This document shows positions 25,295 to 38,556 of a stretch of 64,000 nt of DNA, in pieces. A program made the position numbers and the translations under genes. Position 1 is the stretch's first letter; the number at the start of each line of letters is the position of its first letter. The notes beneath the pieces were generated by a model that was given only the letters and a program-made list of their open reading frames with translations, searched no databases and was not told the DNA's origin. This stretch comes from Mobula hypostoma (Eukaryota): assembly GCF_963921235.1 (NCBI RefSeq), contig NC_086097.1, positions 223,698,001 to 223,762,000 of the forward strand. The letters run 5' to 3'.

Positions 25295-26147
25295 CAAGGC
25301 GCTGATTTCGAAGAAGGGAACCAGAGGTCCATGAGCCAGTCCTCACTGGAGGATCAGAGATGAAGCGGGTCAGCAACTTTAAATTCCTCGGTGTTATTTC
25401 GAAGGACCTGTCCTGGGCCCAGCACGTTCCTACAATTACGAAGAAAGCACGGCAGTGCCTATACTTCCTTAGGAATTTGCGGAGATTGGGCATGACATCT
25501 AAAACCTTGAGAAACTCCTACAGATGTGTAGTGGAGAGTATATTGATTGGCTGTATCACAGCCTGATATGGAAATAGCAATGCCCTTGAACAGAAAATAC
25601 TACCAAAAGTGGTTGGCCCAGCCCAACACAGGTAAAGCCCTCCCACCATTGAACACATCTACATGAAACACTCTTGTGGGAAGGCAGCATCAATCATCAG
25701 GGACCCTCTCCACCAAGGTCATGCTCTCTTCTCGCTGTTGCCATAAGGAAGAAGGAACAGAACCCTCAGGACTCATACCACCAGGTTCAGGAACAGTTAC
25801 TACCCCTCAACCATCAGGCTCCTGAACCAAATGGGATAACTTCACGCAACTTCACTTGCCCCATCATTGAAATGTTCCCACAATCTATGGACTCACTTTT
25901 AAGGACTCTTCACCTCATGCTCTCAATAATGATCATTTGTTTAATTATTATTATTTCTTTCCTTTTGTATTTGCATAGTTTGCTCCCTTTCACACACTGG
26001 TTGATTGCCCAAGATGGTGCAGTCTTTCATTGATTCTATTATGGTCATTAATCTATGGATTTATTGAGCATACCCATAAGACAATAAATCGCAGCGTTGT
26101 ACACGGTGACACATGTGTACTTTGATAATAAATTTACTTTGAACTTT
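25295..26147 (+). mobile_element. Rex1/Babar LINE 3' end
   Basis: FKFLGVISKDLSW...KKARQCLYFLR; ends AATAAATTTACTTTGAACTTTGA. Confidence 0.8.
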
Positions 26148-26184
26148 GAGATGACTAGCCAATAAAATAACAAGTCTGTAGTTG

Positions 26185-26975
26185 CTGGAGTTAAGAAGAA
26201 TGGAGGGGGATTTCATTGTAACTTACTGATTATTGGAAGACCAAGATAGAGTGGACATGGAGAGGATGTTTCCTATAGTGAGGGAGTCGAAGAACAGAGG
26301 GCACAGCCTCAGAGCAGAAGAATACACCTTTAGAACAGAGATGGGGAGGAAGTTCTTAATCCAGAGGGTGGTGAATCTGCGGAATTCATTGCCACAGACA
26401 TCTGTGAAGGCCAAGTGATTGGGTATATTTTAAGCGGAGGCTGATAGGTCTTGAGTAGTAAGGACATCAAAGGTTACGGGGAGAGAGGGATTAAAAAAAT
26501 CAGCCATGATAGAATAGCACAGCAGACTCGTCGGGCTAGACAGCTTAATTCCACTCCTATGACTTATTGTCAATGTTTTCTTCGAACAGCATGAGCTTCT
26601 ATAGAAATGGGAAAAGAAAGAATCTGGATAATGGAGATGTAAAAGAATTAACATAGAACAAAGAATACAGAACTATACAGACCCTTCGGCCTACAATGTT
26701 GTACTGACCCTTTAACTTACTCCAAGATCCCTCACACATTGTCTCCTATCTTTCTTTCATCCATGTGCCTAATAGTCCCTATGTCTCTAATCAATCTGGC
26801 TCTACCATTAACCTTGGCAGCATGTTCCACACACCTACAACTCTGTAAAAAACCTGCATCTGACAACCTCCTATATTTTCCTCCCAACACCCTAAAGTTA
26901 TGCTTCCTTGTATTAGACATCTCTGTCCTGGGAAAAAGTCTCTTATCATCTTGTACACCTCACCAACTTTCACAA
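26185..26975. mobile_element. Two CR1 3' fragments in opposite orientations
   Basis: ORF 26233-26418 (+) RGHSLR...RVVNLRNSLP and ORF 26732-26920 (-). Confidence 0.65.
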
Positions 26976-28510
26976 TTTATTGTAAAAAATGGAAATTCTT
27001 TCTAAGAATGGATCCATAATTAGTGGTATGTTTTTTGTGTGAGATGTCGGAACCCTGGAAGACTTCAAGTCGCCATGATAACCACATCTGTACGAAGTGC
27101 ATTGAGCTGCAGCTCCTTAGAGACTGCCTTAAGGAATTGGAGTTGCAACTCGTTGACCTCCGGCTCACGTGCAAGAATGAGGAAGTGTTACATAGGAGCA
27201 GCAGGAAGGGAGTGAATCACCCTTTTTCAGGAGACAGGTAGCAGGGGACTAAACGGAGAGGGAGAGGGAAAGGGAATGGGCAGCCAGTGCCAAGTACCCT
27301 GCTGTTCTCTTCAATAATAATTATACTGCTCTGGATACTGTTGCGGGGAGAGAGATGACCTTCCAGGGGAAAGTTGCAGTGACTGTGTCTCTGACAATGA
27401 GTGGCTCTGTGGCTCTGAAGGCAAGAGGAGAGAAGGGGAGTGCAGTTGTGATAGCAGATTCCATTGTTAGAAGAGCAGACTGGAGACTGAGAACATGGAG
27501 AAGAAATCCGGATGGTATTTTGCCTCCCAGGCACCAGGGTTAGGGATATCCCAGATCGGGTCCACAGCATTCTAAAGGGCGAAGGTGAACAGCCAGGAAT
27601 CGTGGTACCAATGACATAGGTCGGAAAAGAGATGAGATCTTGAAGCTAGAATATAGAGTGTTAGGTAGAAGATCATGGTTGGGAGCTTAACATCCAAGAA
27701 TGCACATTGTATCAAAAGGACAAGCAGCTAGGCAGATGAGATGGGGTAGCTCTGTTGGTTAAAAATACAATCTAATCCTTAGAAGGAGGTGACATAGGAT
27801 TGGAAGATGTAGAATTCTTGTGGGTCGAGTTAAAAAACAGCAATGGTAAAAAGAACCTGATGGCAGTTACATAAAAGCCTCCAAATAGTAGCCAGGATGT
27901 GGGATACAAATTACAATGGGAGATAGAAAAGGCATGTAAAAAGGGCAATGTTAAAATAGTGATGGGGGATTTCAATGCAGGTAGACTGGGAAAATCAGGT
28001 TGGTGCTGGATCCCAATAGAGGGAATTTGAAGAATGCTTATGAGATAGCTTTTTAGAGTAGCTTCTGGGAGTCCTCAAGGGGAGTGGCAATTCTGGACTG
28101 GATTATTAGTAAGAAGGTGTTTGGTGAGTTGTAAGTTCTGAAGGTAGACAAGTCCCCTGGACCAGATGTACTATACCCCAAGGTTAAGAGGTTTCAGGGA
28201 GCAATTCGGAAGGCACAGGATAGATAACGCCCAAAGAAATAGTGGTATTCTAAAGGGAAAATGAAGCAACCATGGCTGACAAGGAAAGTCAAAGACAGCA
28301 AAAATTAGTGGGAGGTTAGAGGATTGAGAAGCTTTCAAAAACCAACAAAAGGCAACATAAAATGACACAAGGAGAGCAAAGATGAAATACGGTAAGCCAG
28401 TCAATAATATAAATGAGGGTACCAAAAAAAATGCATAAAGACAGACGAGAATGCATAGCGGACTAAGAATGGGAATAAAGGGGGTCTTTTCTGGTTGGCT
28501 GCCTGTGACT

Positions 28511-31500
28511 CAGCAGGGATATTGTCAGTGCCAGAGGACTTGTTCTTAAGGGAGTAGGCAGCTGATAGAACCTCCTGGAAGGTTGGTGGTAGACTGAGGT
28601 TGTGGATAGGAGGAAGTTCAGGCAGTTCGTCCAGGATGGTGGGGTCTGCATCAGAGTCCTGATTAAGCAGGGTGTTAAAATGCTCAGCCCACCTCATCAG
28701 AATGGTATTCTGATTCTTCAGAAATGTTAGACCACCAACCTTCCAGGAGGTTCTATCAGTTGTCTATTCCCTTAAGAACAATGTCGCCTGGTACTGACAA
28801 TATCCCTGCTGAGTTACTGAAGAACGGAGGGTACATGTGTATGCGCACCCTCTACCAGTACATCATCACGGCCTGGACTGATGAGAACATCCCACATCAA
28901 TGGAGAAATGTACGCATCGTTGTCATTTATAAGAACAAGGGTGACAAGGCCGTCTGTGGCAATAGTAGGGGCATATCACTTCTTTCTGTTGCTGGAAAGG
29001 TCCTGGCTAAGGTGATGCTTCAGAGACTCATCAGCAACACCACCGAGTCAATGCTGCCTGAATCGCAGTGTGGATTTAGGAAGAACAGGAGCATGATCGA
29101 CATGACCTTTACAGCCCAGCAGCTTCAGAAAAAGTGCTGGGAGCAACATCAGGACCTGTTTATGGCCTTTGTCGACCTCTCTAAAGCATTCAACACTGTG
29201 CAAAGAGAGCTCTTATGGGATGTCCTCCTTAGGTTTGGCTGTCCCAATAAATTTGTTAACATCCTCCGCCAATTCCACGATGGGATGACTGCTCGGGTGA
29301 CCATAGGAGGACAAGAGTCCGAGTCCTTCCTTGTACGCACAGGGGTGTGTACTAGCGCCAGTGCTTTTTAACATCTTTCTCGTGTGTTACCAAGCTTCTC
29401 CACAACGAGATTGAAGACAGCAGAGGTGTGGCAGTGGACGTCAGATTAGATGGCAACTTCTTTGACATCAGGAGGCTCCACGCAACCACCAAACTCCGTA
29501 GAGGGCGGGTCCTGGAGCTGCAGTATGCAGACGACTGTGCTCTTGTGGCCCATACTCCGCAGGATCTTCAGACTGTCCTTGCTGTGGCGGTGACAGTGTA
29601 CAGCAGGATGGGGGCTGACTGTCAATACCACCAAGACAGAAGTGGTTTGTCAATGGAGCACCAGTGTCCCACCCACTCTACCTGCCTTCACTGTTGGTGA
29701 TGAAAGCTGTCAGTAGTGCCATCTTTCAAATATCTGGGGAGCATGCTCTCTGAGGATAGCGGCATTGACAACGACAATTGAACAGGCATTAGCTGCCTTT
29801 GGGAGACTTCGGTGTAGAGTCTTTCAGAACAGGAGCCTTCATCCCTCCACAAAGGTGGCCGTATACCAAGCGGTTTGTGTCACCACCCTCCTTTATAGCT
29901 GTGAAGCTTGGGTAACCTACAGCCGTCACATCAAGTCCTTGGAGCGCTTCCACATAAGCTGCCTCCAGCGCATCCATAGAAAAAGAACCATAGAAAAACT
30001 ACAGCACAGAAATAAGCCTTTTGGCCCTTCTTGGCTGTGCTGAACCATTTTCTGCCTAGTCCCACTGACCTGCACACAGACCACATCCCTCCATACACCT
30101 CAGGATCGGAAGGTGTAGAGTCTCTATGGATTGAGTTAAATGGCAAGGGTAAAAGGACCTTAATGGTAGTTGTATACAGGCCTCCAAACAGCAGCCGGGA
30201 TGTGGATTACAGCAGGAGATAGAAAAGGCATATCAGAAGGGCATAATTGTTGGGGATTTTAACATGAAAGTGGATTGAGAAAACCAGGTCCGTACTGTAT
30301 CTTGAGAGAGAATTTGTAGACTATCTAAGGGATGGCTTTTTAGAACAGCTTGCTGTTGAGCCCACTAGGCTGTGCTGGATTGGGTGTTGTGCAATGATCC
30401 GGAGGTGATAAGAGTGTTTAAGGTTAAGGAACAGTGATCACAATATGATCAAGTTCACTTTGAAATTTGAGAGGGAAAAAATAAAATCTAACGTGTTGTA
30501 TTTCAGTGGAATAAAGGAAGTTACAATGGCATAAGAGGGGAACTGGCCAAAGTTAACTGGAAAGGGGCATTTGCAGGAAGGACAGCAGAGCAGCAATGGC
30601 TGGAGTTTCTGCGAAAAATGAGGGAAGTGCAAGACAGATATATACTGAATAAGAAGAAATTTTCGACTGGAAGTACGATATTACCGTGGCTGACAAGTGA
30701 AGTCAGAGTCAAAGTAAAAGCAAAAGAGAGGGCATACAAGGAAGCCAAAGCTAGTTGGAAGATAGAGGATTGGGAAGGATTTAAAAAACTTACAGAAGGA
30801 AATTAAGAAGGTCATTAGGAAGGAAAAGATGAATTATGAAAGGAAGCTGTGGACTAATATCAAAGAAAATACCAAAAACTTTTTTAAGTAAAGGGTAAAA
30901 GAGAGTCGAGGGTAGATATAGGACCAATAGAAAATGATGCTGGAGATATTGTAATGAGAGATGCAGAGATGGTAGAGGAACTGAATGCAAATTTTGCATC
31001 AGTCTTCACAATGGAAGACATCTGCAGTATACCGGACATTCAAGAGTGTCAGGGAAGTGCAGTATGTGCAGTGAAAATTACGACTGAGAAGGTGCTCAGG
31101 AAGCTTAATGGTCTGAGGGTGGATAAATCTCCTGGACCTGATGGAATGCACCCTCGAGTTCAGAAGGAAATTGCTGGAGAGATTGCGGAAGCATCAACAA
31201 TGATCTTTCAAGAATCGATAGATTCTGGCATTGTACTGGATGACAGGAAAATTGCAGATGTTACTCCACTATTTAAGAAGGGTGGGAGCAGCAGAAAGGA
31301 AACTATAGACCTGTTAGCCTGACATCAGTGGTTGGGAAGATGTCGGAATCGATTGTTAGGGATGAGATTACGGAGTACCTGGAGGCGCACAGAAAAAAAA
31401 CTACAGCACAGAAACAGGCCTTTTGGCCCTTCTTGGCTGTGCCAAACTATTTTCTGCCTAGTCCCACTGAGCTGCACACGGACCATATCCCTCCATACAC

Positions 31501-32491
31501 CTCCCATCCATGTATCTGTCTAGCTTATTCCTAAATTTTAAAAAAGAACCAGCATTTACCACCTCGTCTGGCAGCTCATTCCATACTCCCACCACTCTCT
31601 GTGTGAAGAAGCCCCCCCCGCCCAATGTCCCTTTAAACTCCCCCCCCCTCACCCTTAACCCATGTCCTCTGGTTTTTTTCTCCCCTTGCCTCAGTGGAAA
31701 AAGCCTGCTTGCATTCACTCTATCTATACCCATCATAATTTTATCTACCTCTCAAATCTCCCCTCATTCTTCTATGCTCCAGGGAATAAAGTCCTAACCT
31801 ATTCAACCTTTCTCTGTAACTGAGTTTCTCAAGTCCCGGCAACATCCTTGTAAACCTTCTCTGCACTCTTTCAACCTTATTAATATCCTTCCTGTAATTT
31901 GGTGACCAAAACTGAACACAATACTCGAGATTCGGCCTCACCAATGCCTTATACAACCTCATCATAACATTCCAGCATCCTGGGAATTACCTGGCGTGAG
32001 TGGGTGTCTCACACTGAAATACTTGTAAAGACCAACTGCAGGAGTACTGATGCCATGATCACCCAGTGTCAGCTGCAGTGCTGGGGCACGTGATAAGGAT
32101 GCCCCCCATGTCGGCTACCCCGTAGAGTGTTATACGGCCAGCTACATCATGGTTGACACTCAGCTGGAAGGCCGAAGAAGCGCTATAAGGATCAGATGAA
32201 GAATGCTTTAAGGAAGTGCAAGATCAGACCCGAGGACTGAGGTTGCTGCTGACCGTACCACTTGGCGACAGCTGTGTAGGGACGGGATTCGTATTCTGGA
32301 GATGGAAAGAACAACCAGAAGACAGCAGAAGAGAGCCAGGAGAAATGCAGCCATGGTTGCCACCACTACTACATATACATGTCCCACCTACAATAGAGCT
32401 TCTGGGTCCAGGATAGGACTGTATGGTCATCAAAGATCTCATCGTTAAAGGAGTGGACGTCATCATCGGATTTCGATGGACAACCGAAGAA
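28511..32491 (+). mobile_element. RTE-clade LINE with 5' inversion, interrupted by a CR1 composite
   Basis: RGISLLSVAGKVLAK, ESQCGFR, FVDLSKAF, LQYADD; breaks near 29975 and resumes near 31976. Confidence 0.85.
29976..31975. mobile_element. Composite CR1 insert (minus 3' end, plus ORF2 segment, minus 3' fragment)
   Basis: VVVYRPPN and KSPGPDGMHPR on +; [19 protein letters not shown] on -; 29997-30100 repeats 31398-31503. Confidence 0.75.
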
Positions 32492-33337
32492 GCCTGTGAC
32501 TGGTAGCGTTCCAGAGGGTTGGTGCTGGGACCGCTTCTTTTCTTGTTATATCAATGATTTGGATGACGAAATTGATGGCTTTGTGGCCAATTTTGCGACA
32601 ATATGAAGATAGATGGAGGGGCTGGTAGTGTTGAAGAAGCAGGAAGTCTACAGAAGGTCTTCTACTGTTTGGGAGAATGGGAAAGAAAAGGCAGATGGAA
32701 TACAATGTTGGTAAGTGTATGGTCATGCACTTTGGTAGAAGAAATAAAGGTGGACTATATTCTAAACGGGGAGAAAATTCAAAATAAGAGGTGCAAAGGG
32801 ACTTGGGAGTCCTTGTGCATGATTCCTTAAAGATTAACTAGTAGGTTGAGTTGGTAGTAAGGAAGATAAATGCAATGTTACATTCATGTTGAGAGGACCA
32901 GAATATAAGAGCAAGGATGTAATCTTGAGGCATAATAAGGCATTGGTCAGACTGCACTTGGGAGTATTGTGAGCAGCTTTTGGCCCTTTATCTAAAAAAA
33001 AATGTATGATCATTGGAGAGGGTCCAGCAGAGGCTCATTAGAATGAAAGGGTTAATATATGAGGAGCTTTTGATGGCTCTGGGTCTGTACCCACTGGAGT
33101 TTATAAGAATGGGGGAGGGAGAAAATCACATTGGAACTTATCAAATATTGGAAGGCCTAAAAAGAGGGGATGTTTCCTATAGTGGGTAAGTCCAGGACCA
33201 GAGGGCACAGCTCAGATTTCAGGGACATTCATTTAGAACAGAGATGAGGTGGAATTTCTACAGCTAGAGGGTGGTGAATCTGTGGAAATCATTGTCACAG
33301 ATGCCTGTGGAGGCCAAGTTATTAAATATATTTAAAG

Positions 33338-33523
33338 TAACACACACAAAATGCTGGAGGAACTCGGTAGGCCAGGCAGCATCTACGGAAAAAAGTACAG
33401 CTGACATTTCAGGTCGAAATGTTGACTGTAATTTTTTCCATAAATGCTGCCTGGCCTGCTGAGTTCCTCCAGCATTTTGTGTGTGTTGCTTGGATTTCCA
33501 GCATCTGCAGATTTTCTCGTTTG
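33338..33523. mobile_element. Fold-back Penelope-like element, core deleted
   Basis: Inverted arms; 15-bp TSD TAAATA(T/C)ATTTAAAG (33323-33337, 33524-33538). Confidence 0.7.
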
Positions 33524-33562
33524 TAAATACATTTAAAGCGGAGGTTCATAGTTTCTTGATTG

Positions 33563-34315
33563 ACCATAAGAGATAGGAGCAGAATTAGGCCTTTTGGCCC
33601 ATCGAGTCTGCTCCACCATTCAATCATGGCTGATTCTTTTTTTCCCTTCCTCAACCCCATTCCCTGGCCCTCTCCATTAACCTCTGATGCTGTGTCCAAC
33701 CAAGAACCAGGTAACAAAATCCACAGATTCACTGCCCTCTGCCTAAAGAAACTCCTTTGCATCTCTGTTTTAAATGGACACCCCTCTATCCTGAGGCTCT
33801 GCGCCCTTGTCCTGGACTCCCCTACTATGGGAAACATCCTTTCGTCATCTACTCTGTCTAGGCCTTTCAACATTCGAAAGGTTTCAATGAGATCCCCTCC
33901 CCCATCCTTCTAAATTCCAGCGAGTACAGACCCAGAGCCCTCAAACATTCCTTGTATGATAACCTTTTCATTCCCAGAATCATCCTTGTGAACTGCTTCT
34001 GGACCCTCTCCAATGCCGGCACATCGTTTCTGAGAATGAGGAGCCCAAAACTGCTTACAATACTCTAGGTGAGGCCTCACCAGTACCTTATAAAGCCTCA
34101 GCATCACACCCCTGCTCTGTATTCACGACACCTTGAAATGAATGCTAACATCCCATTTGTCTTCCTCACCACCGACTCTGCCTGCAAGTTAACCTTTAGG
34201 GTGTTCTGCACAAGGACGCCCAAGTCCCTTTGCATCTCAGATTTTTGGATTTTCTCCCTGTTAAGAAAATAGTCTGCACATTTATTTCTACTACCAAAGC
34301 GCATGACCATGCATT
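33563..34315 (-). mobile_element. CR1 LINE 3' fragment
   Basis: [13 protein letters not shown] and LKGLDRVDDERMFPIVGESRTR. Confidence 0.85.
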
Positions 34316-34998
34316 TATGGTCAAAGGTTATGGGAGAAAGGGAGGAAGCAGGAAATTTGGGTTGAGAGGGATAATAAATCAGCCACAGCAGAATGGCACA
34401 GCAGACTTGATGGATCAATTGGCCTAATTCTGCTTCTACATCTTACAGTCTTGTGAATTATCAGAGAAATTAAGCAAACACTTTCAGCTGTTTCTCATCC
34501 AGAGATACTTGGGAACCAAGGGTTTTGCAAAAATTGGGAACTAAAGGAAATTTGTCATGGTTAAGGAAAACAGCACTAGAAAAGTTGCTGAGACCAAAAT
34601 CCGATTAATCCTAAAGACACTGTATGCCATAAATAAATAAATAAAAATATGACGACCAACATCCAGAATTTTGAAAGATTTGACTGTAGAATTAGTGGAT
34701 GCTCCGGGTGTCATTTTTCAACTTCTACAGATTCTGAGATGGTTCCTGGAGATTAGAGAGTAGCAAATGTGGTCGTTATTTGAGAAAGGAGGAAATAGGA
34801 AACGACCAATCTGTAAATTTGTCAATAGGAGGGAATTGCTGGAATCTACAATTGCAGAACACTTAAAAACAGGATTGCACAGAGTCAGGATGAATATATA
34901 TAAAAGGGATATTGTGTTTGACCGAATTATTTGAATTCATCGAAAATTATACTGGTAAAGTAGGTAAGGGGGAACCAGTGGACATATTGTTTCTAGAT

Positions 34999-35610
34999 CT
35001 GTCAAAATGGCTGTTGTGACGTGTTTAGTGCGGTAGTGTGGTGGGTAATGCTTGTTACTCTCACTTTCACTTCCACCGCTGGCTATCAGTCTCGTGGAAA
35101 GGAGAGCTGAATGTGTCCGTCTCTCTCTGCTGGTACATAACCTCTCCACCAGCAAGCGTCATGTAGTCCTCGTTGGCAACACACAGAAACTGAACTCTTT
35201 GGACTCAGGCTGAAATACAGAGGATGGGGAGGAGGTCTGCCCCCTCCACACATAGCAGGCCCACCAGTGTGTGGACATGCCCTGGTGCTCGTGAACCAGA
35301 TCCCCAGCGATGGGTAAATAGCCCCATTGTCTTGTGGGCAGCCTCGGGATTGACGAAGGCAACGGGAGTAAAGCCAGACTGCAAATCTGGAGTGAAGTCC
35401 CTGAGGCGCTGGACGTAATTGAACATCCTTCCTGCAGCGAAGCTGCGGCCAAATGTATTATTTCATAAACTTTCCTCTGGACTACACGGGTGAGGCCAAG
35501 AGGAGGATCTTGACGACTGGGCACCTCAAGATCTCCATACCTTCCACCCAGGCTTGTTATGATGATCATCACCCATTGTCCTTCGAGACAGACGGATGCC
35601 AACCAACCAC
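34999..35610 (+). mobile_element. Non-autonomous retroposon with (CCAA)n tail inserted in an old CR1
   Basis: 11-bp TSD TGTTTCTAGAT (34988-34998, 35611-35621); short tandem tail ccaaccaacc. Confidence 0.6.
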
Positions 35611-37200
35611 TGTTTCTAGATTTTAAGAAGTTTTCCACCAGGTTGGAAGGTTCTTCTTTAAATACTGCCCAACCTGGTGAGTATTCTGAAACAGAATTTT
35701 CTGCTTTTATTTTAAATCATGCAGGTTACTGGATGATGCAAGTGAAATCCCCAAAATGACTGTACAATCACACTGTACCACACAAAATCCTTCCTTCATT
35801 TCAGTCTTTCAATTATTGTAATTGTGTTTAACCTGCTAAGGTAACTACAGAGATAACATTTAGCTCATTCAATTTGCTATCTGAAATAACAATGCAATAG
35901 AATACTGACTGTAGTAGAATACTATCTAACACCATACAACAGATCTACGCTGTTTGCACAATTCAGAAACATCTTATTGTTTTTTTTGCTTCTGAATAGT
36001 TTTTTCAAATATGTCAATGCAAAAAATTGTGCTTTGAATCAAGGATCCCGATATTGTTACAAATGATCTTCTTCAATGTCTCACTGCTAATGCTCCTCTA
36101 TCTGAACAGTTACTTGCTCACACGAATCTACGTCACAAAGCAACCCATCAATTTACAAGTATGAAAATTTCTGCTGACATCCCTCCCTCTTTATCATATC
36201 AGCTGTGTCATAAATGTGTACAGGCATTGCTGTGAACAAACTGATTTCCCATTCTTCACAAAACAGCATTAAAATATATTACACAAAGCAGACTCTCTCA
36301 CATATACATATTGAACTTCATTGTCATAAAAAAAATACAGCACAGAAACAGGCCCTTCACCCATCTAGTCTGTGCCAAACCATTTAAACTACCTACTCCC
36401 ATTGACCTGCATTGGGACCATAGCCCTCCATACAACTACCATCGATGTACCTATCCAAACTTCTCTGAAATGTTGAAATCGAACTCGCATGTACCACTTG
36501 TGCTGGCTGCTCATTTCACACTCTCACAACCCTCTGAGTGAAGAAGTTTCCTCTCATGTTCCCCTTTAAAACTTCTCACCTTTCACCCTTAACCCATGCC
36601 ACATCACTGAGCAGTTTGATCTCAAATGAGTCAGTACAATTTAAAATTATACTCCAGATATAATTGTAACTCAATCATTCTCGCTGTATGAGTATATAGT
36701 CTGAGGGCGAGATCAGGACTAGGTTTACGTCACAATACAATTAAACACAGGAATAGTTATTTGGATACATTAGACAATGCTGTCAATCCACAACCCAGCA
36801 TATTATTATTTTCAATCAAAAGAGGCCTCCACTGCATCTTGAGTTTTTAACCAGATTTCACAAAATCCATATTTAAAAAATGTTGAAATAACATCATTAT
36901 TTGAGGAAAGCAGAAAATCACTCTACCAGTTTTTGCTGTGTTAGCAAACTAATCTGACCCAAATGATGAATTGTATTTTTTGTGTATGTTATTTCAATAT
37001 TTTTTGACCAAGCATTCCAAAAAAACTCAGAGACTGCAATATTTCACCCCTCAGAAGGGTAAAGAAAACCAAACTTAAATCAAATGCTCCATTTCTTAAA
37101 TGGTAATATGACAAAGTATATTTTTAATACACTAAACTAATAAAGAAAGTTTCAATTATGTCTATACAAATGCAGGGATAGGACAACCCATAATATTGAA

Positions 37201-37830
37201 AGGAGGAAGTAAATTTTTCATTTCTGTAGCAACAGAAATGGAGCCTGAGCATTCAGTCCACAGATAAGTTCAGTCCAAGGAGTACAAGGTTGTTGCATTT
37301 CTGGTGTCACTAGGCAATGGAATAAATCGGAGGAAATTATGGAACATGGAAGAACAATGGGACCCTGGAATATATCTCCACAAATGTTTAGCAGTAGCAG
37401 AGCATATTGATCAGAATGGCTGATGCTCTGGGCCTGCAGTCACTGGAGTTTAGAATAATGAGGGGGAATATCACTGAAAACTAAAAAAACTGGATAGAAT
37501 GGATCCAGAGAGGATGTTTCCAATAGTGGCAGAGTCTAGGACCTGTGGGCACAACCTCAGAATACAAGGACATCCATTTAGAACAGAGATGCAGGTGAAT
37601 TTCTTTAGCCGAGAACGTGGTGAATCTGTGGAATTCATTGCCAGAGATGGCCAAGTCACTGGGTATATTTAAAGTAAAGGTTGAAAGACTCTGGATTAGT
37701 AAGGGTGTTAAAGATTATGGGCTCAAGGCAAGAAAATGAAGCTGAGAAGGAAAATAAATCATCTGTGATAGAATGGCAGTAATACTTGACGGGACGAACA
37801 GCCTCATCTGCTCCCATGTCTTATAGACTT
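37201..37830 (+). mobile_element. Degraded CR1 3' fragment
   Basis: ggagtttagaataatgagggg and gtgaatctgtggaattcattgcc match CR1 3' ORF2. Confidence 0.7.
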
Positions 37831-38049
37831 TGACATGAACTCGAACAGTTATGGCACCCAAGACTACGAACCAGAGGCTGAAATTAGGCAAAACAGCTCT
37901 TTTGCGAACGGGACAACCCATAATATTGAACCTTCTATTCAGATTAACCATACATGATTCCTATACCTTGAGTAGTACATTATGTGGTAAACCTTGAAAA
38001 ATTAAAGAGCATCAACTCGGGTTAACACGCAGTAGCATCAGATTCCGTG

Positions 38050-38556
38050 TAATTTCAGGAACTTTACGATAATTAACGAGGTTTAACACTCGAGCACAAG
38101 TCACCAAAGGCCAAGACCGGTTGAAATCGCCCCCACCCAGCCGAAGGAGAAAAAACTGTGATTCCTTGCACCTTCAATAACTGGCTCGAGGTCCGGGACA
38201 CAAGGATCGGACTCGGGATGAACACCGGGGTGAGCCAGGCCCCAGGCAGTGGGCCGAAGAGCCAATCCCCGGGGCACCCAGTTATGGTCCCCGTTTCAAT
38301 CAACACCCGACTGGTTTCCAGCACTAAGAGAAACCGAGGCTCGGTTCTTTAGGAGCCTGAAACGGAACGGCAATAACATTTACCCCTCCCTCACCCTTCA
38401 GTCCGCCAGGAAGACCCGAACATTTACCGAGACACCGCGAAGACCCACGGGTCCCTCGTCCTCAAGATGCGGCCAGATTGCTGACCCGGAAGCGCAGAAA
38501 CAAGTTCCGCCCGGTTACCAGTCAACTGCGGTGGGGCTGTGCGGAAAGTGACGCGT
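38050..38556 (-). promoter_or_regulatory. ELOC: CpG island: probable ELOC promoter and non-coding exon 1 (candidate donor at 38428/38427)
   Basis: Non-repeat CpG-rich island; minus-strand TCG|GTAAAT donor; ETS-like CCGGAAG at 38486-38492; GTGACG at 38548; position fits a head-to-head layout with TMEM70. Confidence 0.65.

Larger units (their letters stand above)
27020..33560 (+). mobile_element. Degraded CR1 (ORF1 and ORF2 remnants) split by an RTE insertion at 28511-32491
   Basis: ORF1-like CTKCIELQLLRDCLKELELQL and VIADSIVR; RT sequence resumes at 32492; TSD GCCTGTGACT (28501-28510, 32492-32501). Confidence 0.7.
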
